A stretch of 64,000 bases of DNA from Fimbriosthenelais zetlandica (lineage: Eukaryota), in the NCBI GenBank assembly GCA_977030845.1, contig OZ365114.1, forward strand, positions 21,824,001 to 21,888,000. Reading direction: 5' to 3'. Within the stretch, counting starts at the first letter, position 1; every line of letters starts with the position of its first letter. Under the pieces are notes generated by a model, which did not search any database, had not been told where the DNA came from, and worked only from the letters and a program-made list of their open reading frames with translations. Positions 10,920 to 23,819 of the stretch are shown piece after piece. Made by a program: the position numbers and the translations under genes.

Positions 10920-13900
10920 CTGAAAAAGTCACAAGAATAAAATCATGAATGAGGCGATCGAATTATATTTCTTATAACCTTTAAGAGCGAAGATGTCTGG
11001 CTGATTTTATTCATGACTCGGTAATGAACACAGTTTTGAAATTAGGGTCCCGCTGATAATCAACATTTCCATATACTACTATCGACGGCTACCCTGAAAA
11101 CTCGCCCACTTTGCCTGTACTACTCACCTCACCCAAAACCCTGCTCGTTCAATTAGCTTAACAACAGATTACTAGCCTCCAGCCCCGGGAAACATGAGCC
11201 TGTGAGAGTGATCTAATATTTATGATGTTTACAGGTCGAATTCCATCAGTTTATTCCCCTAAAACACTGAACTGTGTGTGCGAGCTTGAGTAATTACTGG
11301 GTTGCACTCCACAAACCGAGGTTACCCATAAAATCCTCCATATATGCATTATAACGGTCAGACTCCGGGAGTTCATATGGACAAGAACGAGTAGCCAACC
11401 ACTATAGTCATACTAGTCAGAGGATGGGCCTATATAAATGTAGGCAACGTTTGATTTAATGTCCTAATATGAGTCATTAATATAATGCTATACTTGGACT
11501 ATGGACGTGGTACCCATGTTAAATACATGGAACCTGCCAAGCCTACATGTAGAGAGAGATGGGAGACTATATTAATTATTCTCTGCAGCATGGCTTGGGA
11601 GATTGGGAGGTTATTGGACTTGTTCCTAAATAGATCAAGACCATTCCGGAAAAGGTGCGGGCTAGTTATTTGACAAGCACTGTGCATTAAATCAGGGGAA
11701 GGGGATGTTCAAAGAGTGGTCTGAGCTTCTGGCACTGACAGAACAAGTGGTCATACATGAATGAACTCATAGGGCGGGTTATCTATGACCTCAGCTCAGC
11801 CAATACATGTATGCCAATACCACAAATATATTTTCACGACCAGACATCAAATCATGAAAACATTAAGTGGCCCTTCTACTGCTGTATGGACTATTTTCAT
11901 ATATGGCTGATTATTAATTCAAATATAAATGATATATATTTTCAGGCAGCATAGTCTTTTTTCGCGTGCAGAAAGCTGGTATTTGGACAAGAGAAATGGA
12001 CAAAAGCAGCTGGCTGTGGGCCTGTGATCTGGAGCCTGAATGATAACAATATGATGGATGTTAGACTATGATGGGTGTGCTGGTCATTTGGCTGTATATA
12101 ATATGATGGGTGATGGGTTCTTGTTCTCCCACTGACCCCATCACAGACCTGGGTAACCAGGTTTCAGGCTGATAGTCCTGGGTGTTGGCCAGTGAATGAT
12201 TCCCCACAGCCCTATACCACCGAGCCTCATGACGATTGATGCCTTATCATCATGTGGGTGTCACATAGGTATCATGTGACCTCATCCATCATTCCACAAA
12301 GGAATCTGATGAGATGTGTAGAATTTCCCAGTGTCAACATCATCTTATTATAAATATTTTCCCCCTGAGAATTTGGCCAATTTCATTGTGTAGTACGGTC
12401 TGTTCAAAGGTTTTACAATGAATTATCAAATGTGAACGAATATGTTTTCTTTTAAGATGAGTAAAAACACTGTGTCAAGTGCCACAGCATTATATAGAAT
12501 GTGACCAAACCTCCAGGGAGTTTAATATTTTGAATAACTATCGACAGTAAACTGTGGAATGTATCAAACTTAAAGACAGGTCGACGCTTGTTGATGATAT
12601 AGCACTAACAAAAAGGTGAGTGTTTTAAGTGATGATTCACTATATAATAGCGTGAAGTTAAAGGCCCGTAGGAGGATTCTGGTGCCTGTGGGTGGGGAGG
12701 GAAACTGAGACGGTCATATCCAATCATCAAACTCCCACCATCAGAATGCCCACCAGCCCTGAGGCGGGCCGTGACGTGTCAGGGGTGGGTGGGGCAGGCT
12801 GCCTCAATGCTGTACACCCAGGCGCCCTTTACCATTCATTTATTCCTGTCTAGATGAAGATGGTATAAAATACGAGCTTGATTTCTAATACTTAGTGTCA
12901 CCATGATGTTTCTATTAGAGAGGGCTGTGATACAGATGTCCCTAGGTAGATAGAACACGAGATCTTCACAAGTCATTTACACCCAGGAAAGCATTGCGAC
13001 CAAGGAAAGTATTGCGGCGACCAAGAAGAGGTCCACTGTCTTGAATTATCACCTAAAAGGTTCAGGACATGAATAATCATATTGTAATAAAATGAGGCTA
13101 GATAGTACTGGCGAGACATATTGGGTCTATAAGTCCCTATGTCGTAAGCATCTTTTTATCAGCTATATAGCGTGTGTCCTCAGCTGTGAACAGTCCTATC
13201 TTGTCCTGCCCCTCCCAGCTGGAGGCAGGTTCCTCCAGTGCACAGTGCATTGTTTTTCCCACCTTGGTGATCCAGTCTCTTAGGACTGATGAGGTAGGAT
13301 GGCTCGCTCCGCTGTGCACTGCTGCGTTCCACCGTCAAGACAGCGCCTGCCTATAAATCAAAGTCTATTGGCGTCCTTTCTTGTATTTTCATGAGGTGGC
13401 AGTCATTTGATGAAGCACATCTGAGTCCAGCCATGAATATCAAGCCTTCTCCTTTGGTTTAAAAGATGAGTAAAAACAGTATTCTTTTCCTTGGTCAATG
13501 CGTAACGAGTCTGGTTTGTATATGATCTATAGCCCATATTAAATTAGTCTTTGACACTATTCCTTCATTGCAGTTGACTATAGTGTATAGAGGGGTATGC
13601 CTGATGAATATTTGGAAGAGCTATACAGTAACAGCAGAATTACATTAGGACCGGAGCCAGATTTGAAGCCATATGAACCAACATGTCCAAATAGCAGGCA
13701 TTGTGTATACATGGTGTTAGCTCGGTACAGCCGCAGAACTGCGACAACAAACCCCATCATAGATATAGTATAGCCTACCAAGGATGGCTATTGTGCTACG
13801 CAGGAAATGTGCTGAAACCTTGTCTGATGCCCATTTAGCCCAGGCCTGACCATTGTCATACTTTACACAGCATTTCTCCTTGTTACAAGGCACTTTATAC

Positions 13901-16900
13901 GACACCTCCACAGGGGTCGCTATGGCCAAGAGGCCAGCACAGCTCCACGCTTACATTCAAAACACGGTCCGGTCATGATGCCCCCCACTGAATCAGGAAA
14001 GCCCTTTATGTGACAGAACATAAGAGGCGCCATCATATACATCATGATATACAAACCATCTTCTCCCAACAAAATATAGAATAACAATAGAGAAGCCAGG
14101 ACGTGGCAGAACAGATCTCAATAGATCTAGTCTAATTTCACATTTCAATGCTTTGCTTTATAGGTAGACTAAATCTTGCCGTCTCTTCCAATTACAATTT
14201 GATTGCTTATGCTAGTGTTGACTCGAATGAAATGTTTTATTGTATTTTTATGTTCGGATGAGCCGCTGAAACGGGAGAAACTTAAAGCAATGGGATAGGG
14301 ATGAAGGGACTGGGAATAGGACTGCCTTCAGATGAGGAAAACATTCGACTTTTGAATGGTGTACAGGTGCATTTAATCCTCAATCCTTCAAGATAGTCCA
14401 TTAATTCCATGTAAAGACAGAAGGCAATCACCAACATATATTTCTCTCCAGTTTTTATTCCATCAGAGTCCATCTAATGGTATAGTCAGTTGTCGGCCAC
14501 TTTAGAAGGCAATTTGGCCTTTTGGAGTTGGGGACCTTTTTATACTAACTCAGCCCCCTTGAGAACACAATCTTCTGCTGTGAACGACCTTCAAATTTCA
14601 AGAAGTTCCATAGCCACCATGATGACTAAGGCTACAAAGATTGTAATTCTAAACTGTTCAGTTCCTTAGCAGCAAGGACTGCAATTCTTAACTGTTCAGT
14701 TCATAAGAAGCAATCAGTGCATTGTTACTGTACATTTCATCCTTCCTGGTAGCCCGTCTTTAGTCAAGTTGTTCACCATCGACTTATTCAGCAATCTTTA
14801 TCATGAGACTGCGGTGACTTGCTACCTTCCTGCTCCAGTATTAGGTATGCGGGTCAGGTAGCAATAATGTGATTATCTCACCTGAGAGCACTCATCACTG
14901 TGGCACGCTCTAACCCGACACTCACACAGTAATCCTCACAACGTGATGAGAATGACCACACAGGCCGTCACATACTGAGACATTCACAACCAACATCCAC
15001 CCACAGATACAAATCAAGACCAACTCCAGAAGTCAAGAGAAATGAAAGAGAGTTAAGAGGCAGTAACCAGCAAGTGACGGAAACCAGTCCCTACATGGAA
15101 GACGCCATCACTTCTCAGTGAATGAAAACTCACTAGAGAAATTAATTCTCCAGTTCTAAGGAGACACTGGCACTGGGGAAAATCATTTTGTGAAATAGCG
15201 AGCATTGGTTATATTGATAAATGACCATCAGCAATACACAAATTCACAAAAACTATAGTCCCATTTGAACATGACTTTACTCTTACCACAAAGGACAGAG
15301 GCTATTATTGTAAAAGGCTTTATGAAGAGCCAGGACATAGTCTACAATGGGGGAAGATGACAGTAGATTGATGCAAATGCAGAACACACGTCAGAGAAGG
15401 GGCTGATTGGTGTATGGAACACACAATTCATCTTTATCAATGGAGACAGCACACCAATGGGAGGGCTATAAAAGATTCATCCTTCCATGTAGGGTTCCTA
15501 CCTTAACCCATCGATTCATGGCATCCCTGCCTTTGCTTTTGCCGACATATCACGACCATACATAGATCGATGTGTGCTTGATTAGCATAGCCTGATGAGG
15601 TTGGCTTATACGACAATCAAGTTGAACTGAATATGTAAAGCATTTGTTATTGGGTTATATATATGAATAAAATAACAATTTATATATGCAGCAATATTTT
15701 TAATCATGGATGGAAGACAGGCGAGCAACCATTCCATATGGCACAGACTGCGGCTTGAACACAGAATCAGACCTAACACATGAAAGGCTTGGGAATTCTT
15801 TACGTGGTACGGTATTTTGCTAAGATGAATGTTATAGCAAAATTATATTCCCTCGTGTATTTGTATGGCTTTTGTCTTAAGCATACAATGGGCCCATAAA
15901 TCAGGTCACATGCCTTGTGACATAGAATATAATAGTATAAGAAAACAATGTAGCGGAAGACGTGTAATATATGAAGACATGGTATTGAGGAGGTCAGGTT
16001 AGTGGGCTGGCAGGTGAAGCAGGCCAACACGACCATCTCCACAAGATGATGTATTCAGGATGAGACACAGCTTCCGGCCGCCATCTTTTACCCATAATTC
16101 ATTGTGATGGGTGGAAGCTTTGATCCTGTGTGATCAGGGCTGGGGATGTTCGTTATCTTGTCACGGCCAAGAGTGCCACCATTTTTAACTGTCTCCAACC
16201 AAAGGCTCGTAGTGAAAACGTTAGGAAAAAGAGGGCGAGAATCTGTAACAAACTCCTTGATTTCCAGCAACTTTTGTTCAGGACCGATTCATTACCGATA
16301 TTCACCGAATCTACTCGCGGAAATTGGCTCAAAACAATGAACTCAATAACACGAGTATAAATACTGGTAGTATTGATCAAGCACTTCTGGTCTGGAATTC
16401 ATTGATGTACATTTAATATCGCCAGACTGTAAAGGACATTTGAAGTCAAATTTGAGTTGGACTCGGTGCAAATATTTCACATCCTTTGTGATTAGAACAT
16501 CGATTTCCTTAAGATAAACATTACAAGAAAGTTCAAATAAAGAGCCATGCTGTAATGAAAGAACTTACACGGAGTGGTGCTGTGCTCCTTGCCATTTATT
16601 GCAGAAATCGTCCAATTAATGGCAGTGCAAAAAAGGCCATACATTGAGGCACTTGATTGATGCTCTAGTGTATACCTCCTGCCTGTGACTAACTACTTAA
16701 TAATCAGATTCCTATCTAGAAGAGAAAATGAATAGCCAGATCGGCAGGCACATTTTCCCGCTGGATAGACAAGGCAACCACACGGCAGGGTTATAATGTG
16801 CATCTATAATTTGATATTAGCTCCTGTGGGTCAGGGTGCCTTCAGTATTTATGGCGTACCCGGGAATACATCATTATTCATTACGCTGTGTTGATCTGTC

Positions 16901-18762
16901 TCAATTGAGGAATATTGCACCCAGCGTATGATTGAGACCAGTGGCAGAACTGATAAGGGGGTTGGCGTTGCACGATGGAGATATGGGCAGGGGGATTAGA
17001 GTACTTAAGGACTTGGCGTCTGCTGCTTGATAGCATTCAAAGCTCCTATCCCTCAAATGTCTTGTACTCCCCCAATGTATCTCCTCCGTACTAATCGATC
17101 ATGTTTGATTGTCATGAACACTATTTTATCAGAGAACCACTGTGGGAGTTTGACAGGAGCGATTCCCCACTTATTAAACAAACATTCCGTGTGGTGTAAG
17201 CTGCGGCCTTGAATCCAAATTTCAATTAGTTTTCTTCTTAACTTGATTTAGCTTTAAATCATGGCAGTTTTCCTTTTAAACAAGCATTCATTGACTAATG
17301 TATTACCGAAAAGCACGAAATATTTCTGGAAGCACTCTTGGTAAATCCTCAAGAAACAAAGTATGGTTGCAGGAGACACAAGCTGAAAGTGCACACTGTA
17401 TACAATATGCAAACCAGATAAGAGACTATGAGAAGAATGCTTCAAAAGCTTGCTTTGAAGTATTTAGTACTTCCTCAAAGAGGGTGTGATCAAAACAATT
17501 GATCATGAAGGCTTTTTCAACTACCACGATGGAGATAATGCATTGTAGGTTGTTGCCAGCACTGAGTTGTTCAGAACCAGAGTGAGCGGCTATTATTTAG
17601 GCTACATCTGCGCTTTTTTCTTGAAGAAACTGTGTGCATTAGCAAGTACGTTTGGTGCCACTAATGGGAGTATATTACTGCATATATATTCACAGAGTAA
17701 TACTGTCCTTCTAATTCAAATAAAAAACGCAAGGTTCGGTGCAGTGGAGCTTAATCTCTTATCTCTCGCCTAGAAGGGAGCACCGAGCTTTTACCCACCA
17801 TCCTATCTTGATGGCTGTTTTTTTGTGATGTCCGTCTATTCACTGCCTCCATGGATGTCTTTAATGCTCTTCTCTGCTCCAGCACTTCATAAAGTTTCAT
17901 CTCAGACCTCTACCAGACCAGGCAGATGGTAGGCCGGGGGTTAGAGAGGTGACACGTGACTGGAGTGAGATGAGTAAAAAAAATACTAGTTGGGAGGACG
18001 CCTGTCTGTGTGTGTCCTGCTCATCATAAAGTGGAAGGTTGAGACAAGGTGGATCAGGGAAGGACAGTGTAATATAGTCTAGCAATTCATCCTATAATAC
18101 ATGTTTGTTCATTAAAGAAAATTATTGCCAGAAGCATATCAAGAGGCAGACGTATGACATTGCGGTACATTAAAATTATAGGTAGTAGACAGATATGTCA
18201 CTATAGCATAATATGTCACTAGTATAGATTATTAAACATATATATATATATATGGCCAGACAAAAATGAAACCGTTGAGAAGGAAGCCAGTGATGTCCTT
18301 GAGTCAATAGTAGGTTTTTTAACAGTATATGCCAACAAATACAATGCGAGACATTACAAATGTAAGAAGAATCCATAGATATTCTGCTACAGATGAAAAT
18401 GACTCGGCATCACCTACTGTGGGGAGCATGCCTAGAAAGTAAAGAAGAGTTGAATATGCCCTTCACATTCTCCCTAAAAAGGTCAATAATTCAGTCTGAG
18501 ATATTGACAAAGCAATGGAATAGAAAATGAGAAAAATGGCCTTGGTTGGAGCGCTGCATCAACCTTATTATGTAATGTCTATATATCAGTCATGGTGGCT
18601 GGCTTTATCGAATCGACACACCATTTATCAGTACTAACTGAATCATTCCATTTCTCCTGCAGCACCTCCTACCACCCCAAACGGTCCTCACCAGCAGGGA
18701 GAAAAAACAATTTTCCCCATTCAATTCTAATAAATTCCTCCATGGCACCAATGGAGGAATCC

Positions 18763-18776
18763 GTCCCCATAGCAAC
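18763..18776. promoter_or_regulatory. Degenerate RFX X-box motif
   Basis: GTCCCC-AT-AGCAAC has a perfect right half-site and a degenerate left half-site. Confidence 0.25.
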
Positions 18777-21700
18777 CGGACCTTCTGCAGATAAGCATCG
18801 ACCTTTAAAGTTGCCAGAACATCTATTGGGAAGACTCCCATTTCCGCTTGTGGATTTCTCGTGTCTTTGCTCGTTGAGAAAGGGTCGGCGAGGGGAGGTC
18901 TCTGAGGGGAGAGGAAGGTGGCGTGGCTATCGCTCATGTGCCTCAGCTACATCACCTTTTAGACAGTCCATAGTGGGGTCCTGGCTGGCTGCAAGTTGAG
19001 ATGCTTCTGTTGACAGTGTCTTTTTATAAACCCAGCTACATAGTGATAATAATACAGCATATACATAAACGCTCATTGTCCCTCCCTCTCTCCTCAGTCA
19101 TACCTCACTTTAAAATGCTTCCAACACCTATTGTGCCTGGGCTGACAGTGAACAATTTCTGCTCTTCAAATTTCAATTTTGGTCTGGACAGTACAATAGG
19201 ATGGATCTGTGAATGATGGGCAATGTGCAATCACTGATGGAGCCTCCATTGTATAGACAATAAAAGAGTATGGAATAAACGATGATCCAAGCAAACACTG
19301 AGAATGTGAAGCATGGTATGGGATTTGTGATATTCAATACAATCAACCAAATACAGAATCAAGAACATTTCATACTGGTTTCCCCCCTTCAATGATTTAA
19401 TACGCTTAATTGCAAGCAGCGACTGCCTCTTCCCCTCCCCTTCTCTCTTAAACATCCCTCAATTTGTGTTGAGGCATATCACCGGAGAATTCCGATCAAT
19501 AAATCAATTCCTCCCAATGCTTACAACATGCGATTAATTCTAGGGAATGCAAACTCCTTATTGATGATTAGGCAGTTCCTATAAAACGCTCTTTCCTGGC
19601 TTAGTGCTAAAAAGATTAAAATATTTTAAAGATCGCTTAAGAAATTCAATAATACTGCAAGCATGGTACTAACTGTCAACTGTACTTGTTTCCACTTGAT
19701 GTTCACATGTTTTATGTTTTTTTTTCAAATTCATATCCAGTCACCCAACAATAATTATTATTGACAAAAAGACTTTTTACTAGTCTGCCTGGAGACAAAT
19801 GTCTTTCAGAGAAGTTTTTGTGGTGATTATCAAAGCATGATGCCACATCCAATGATTCCTCCAAACCAAATCGAATTATTTTTTCCAGATCAAATTGTGT
19901 AAGATTAAATCATACATGCGGGGGACATGAACTCCAGTTGTGATTCATATTGATACGGCTTGGTTGAATTTCCTGTCTTCGGAAACCTCACAGAAATTAC
20001 TGTTAGAAATGTGTGAATTATTATTTTCATTTTAACTGAAACATGATATTTCTGTTTGTGTCACATTGTGGTGTAGATGATGGGTTTGACACTGTCACAA
20101 TTCACCCCAAGGCTGTTTCTCCTCATTCACCGATTTTGCCGTTAATGAAGTTTGTAATTAAACTACAACATTCCTGGCCAACACCGGTCTGCCGTGTCTT
20201 GATTACAGAGAGAGAATGTGATACCAGTATGCTCGGGGCATGGCAGATGGGGATTATGTTAATCTCTTAATCCCAAGAACTTAGCAAGAAGAGAAATGCA
20301 TGGAGTTTACACTACCAGGGAGTGTTGATGGCATATTGATTTGACCTCACAGACAGAGACTCAATACTGGAAGGTTATTACTGAAAGGTGTAACACCCTG
20401 CTGGCATTCTGTCAAGGAAAGTGAGAAGATAAAAGAAAACCCATCAGTACGGGCAAAATGTTGGTTAATGAACGGGGGAGGACTTCGGGATCATATCATA
20501 GCTGAAAAGCTCGGGCTAGAAATTACATTTCATTCTATGAAATGCTTGATCAGTGTAGATGCAAAGGCCAAGGGTAAATCTTTGACATGTATATATCGTC
20601 ATCGTATCAGCAATATGTTAATTGAGGTCATACTAGCCATCTCTAGCAATAAACATGTAAAGGCTGTGGCCTTTATCGACACAGACACAACAGAACTTAG
20701 ATCAGTCACCCCTACAATGAGGCTCAAGGGTAGGTGTTTGGAATTCTCAAGTGAGGGTTCAAAAGGTGGTCCTTTTAGCCCCAAATAACCTCAAAGATTC
20801 ATATTATTGATGGCATTAGTTGGGCCTTTCCAGCTCTCGGAAAAATATGGCTGCCTGTAAATAACCCCCTTAGGCTGGGACGTCCACGGGCGGGCGTTGA
20901 CACCTTTGAAGTGTTCAGATATTGGGAATTGGGGATGTGTATACAAAGGGCATACTCCCTGTGAGGCATTAGGCCGGGGTTCAGTAGAGGGTATATGGGC
21001 GTGTGAGGTGGAGCTACATTCCGCGTCATCATGTGTTTTGAGGGCAGCAGTTTAACAGGTTTCCAGATATTCCACAATCAATCCTCCAACCCATTATATT
21101 AAATGCAAATTCCAGTATTAAATGAAAATTAATTTAATGGCATGGCAGTAAAACTATACCCTTTCATTAATCCATCTACGCTTCATAATCCTCTAAAAAG
21201 AGCTACAGAGAGAAGCTCCTAGCACAGCATGTTTTTCCACTTAATCTGGTATGGATTATAGTAAGTGGGCAGGACACGGGGTGGGGATGGGCTCGCCTAT
21301 ATATATGTGCACTATGACTGATGACCTGCTCTTCCTTCTTTGATAACCGCGGGATCAGACAGAGTGGCGTTTCAGGATATCCATGATCAAAATGCTCAAA
21401 TGGAATCCTTGAAACATGACTCAAAAAGAGATTGGAAGGACAGACTCCTGATGGGGAAAAAACCTTCCTTGCCAAATGGGATCATTAAAGGCCAAATGTG
21501 GGATGTCGAGAAGAACTTAAAGGAAGGAGCGTATACCTCTGCTTTAGTTTAGCAGCAACACAAAGGGAATCTAAGTACCATGAGGGAACACACATGTGGA
21601 CATGGAATAAATATGAGGGATAAATATCCTCTGCAATATTCACAATGTAAACTCCCAAATGGTTTTAAGACATAGGCAGAGGAAGAAAGAAGACACCGAC

Positions 21701-23748
21701 AAAATAATATCCACTCCTATTTCATTCTACCACTGCAACCCTACTGGGACGTAAGAGGGTGCTATTAGATGTGGGCAAATAATGTAAAGAAAGGAGAGCG
21801 GAACAAAGGACTTTGCTGATCCCGACTCATAAACCACCCCTGGGTAATCCTACCATCAGTTACCCCATGTAGTATTAAAGAGGAAGAGAGGGAGGAAGGA
21901 GAGGAATAGCCAATGTAAGCCTGTCCTACTCTCTCAATACAGTCGTTCAGTACACACCATCGACGCGGGATTCTTGGCAAACCCAGCAGCAAAGAAGAGT
22001 TTCTCCACTTGCCAGTTTCTCCCTAACTTTGCATGGCAAGAAGCCCACCTGGGAATAGACTGTAGGAAGATTAACTTACTTAAGTAAGCCCCTTGTGAAA
22101 GACACACATGCAAAACACATGAGGATTTTACTTCCAAACAGATCCCAAGGACCAGGTGAAGAGTTATATTTGAATTCCATGGTTTTCAAGCAGAGCATCG
22201 AGTCTCTTGATACCAGCCTGAACAGCATGTTTCTGAATTAATGCCCCTTGAAATGGACCCTCCGGTGTACCCCTGGGAACATTAGTGTTCCCACGACACT
22301 TTAAACATTCCCACGGTCACGTTGATAGCCCCCGGATGGCATTTCCCCGGGAAGAAGTATCCTTCACTTACACAATGTAATCCACATCCCTGGTGGAGGA
22401 GGGCCTCAGGCAAGTGCGGCTAAACCGCCTGATCTTGAAATGTACTCCACTGTGTATGATTTCACTTCCACACTACATATGTCCGAAGATGTGAAAAGAA
22501 GCATCCAAAAATGGCAGATAACTAGGATCCGGATAGGGATGGCAATCCGGAATAGTCAGGGTCGGTGACTTGACCCATTGGGAATCCATCATACGGGTGA
22601 CCACCGCCTAATGGACATTAAATCTAAGCACTACCGCCTTGCTCCACGTGTTCATATCCAGTGGCTGCGCATCCAGGCAGACCGTGGAGGAGTGTGGTGG
22701 AGGTCTGGTTTTCGCATCTTACTCCAGTCTTTGCCGGAGCACCTGAGCCACTGCTGCTGCTGTCGTGCGGCTGCTGCTGCTATAGTCAAGGCCAAGCTAC
22801 ATATAGTGTCAGGCGTTTACCGGGGAACTAGTTATTAAAAGATGATGCTGGGACATAATGATATATCAGACGCTCAATCAAATCACGATATCATTAAATA
22901 TGAATGTACGCAGCATAATATGCAGACCTTATTCCCTCTCGAATTTTCTCAAAGTGAAAACTATTTGAGAAAAAATGACTGAACATTGATCAATACGGGA
23001 AGGGTAACAACCAACTTGTATGTCTCACATCACAAAAAAAATAGACACAGAGCTAAGACAAAGAACATTTTTTGTCCACTGAATAAAAGATGACAAATGT
23101 TATATTTGCAGTTGCTGGAACATGAGCATAAAAGAGGGGGTTTTCTTGAAGCAGCAGAGCCAAGGATACAGCTGCCTGGAGGTGGGAAGTGCCTCCAGGC
23201 CTCCTCCTGAGCCCTCCTCTACCTCGTCCTCCTACTCCAGCCGTGGGTAGAGACCAGTGTGAGTGGCAGGATTTACTCATCCTTTCACAGTCCAAGCTTG
23301 AGATGAATACCCAGTGACAGGCGAAATTCTCATCATCAAGGACCTCTCTCTATCTTTAAACAATCTCTCTGAGGACCTCTCCGGCTATACATCTACAAGT
23401 ATTACTTTCTCTCATATTAAGCTACAGGGTACATGACATTCGAGTCCCCTTCAAAGCATCTATATTGTTCTCATAGTAGACTTACAAGGCAAGTAAATAT
23501 AACCTGAATAAAGGCTATGAATCACTCATATTTATTACTGTTCCAGTCATACCTTCATATATGAGAATATTAATCTAAGATACTGGCCAAATCACATCAG
23601 TTTAAAGAAAATGAGGGGCAAGGTCTCGGGAATGAGAACAGGGTAGTATCGGTGACCAATTCATCACTATCTGATTAAATTTTATTCTCGTCCTCAAAGC
23701 AAAGTTCTCTTTTATCCAGTATCTGATTCACCCCGATATGTAACATCA

Positions 23749-23819
23749 TATATGGTCTGCCATCTTCTGATTATGTTGGTGATGATCACCAACATAATCA
23801 GAAGATGGCAGACCATATA
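23749..23819. repeat. Perfect inverted repeat, 35-bp arms with a 1-nt spacer
   Basis: tatatggtctgccatcttctgattatgttggtgat (23749-23783), g, then atcaccaacataatcagaagatggcagaccatata (23785-23819), which is the exact reverse complement. Confidence 0.97.

Noticed and set aside
10711-10932. 73-aa minus-strand ORF
   Set aside because: Wrong-frame reading of the real exon at 10809-10919.
18592-18999. Overlapping 135-aa plus and 110-aa minus ORFs
   Set aside because: A locally GC-richer patch where several frames are open. No recognisable motif or splice support.
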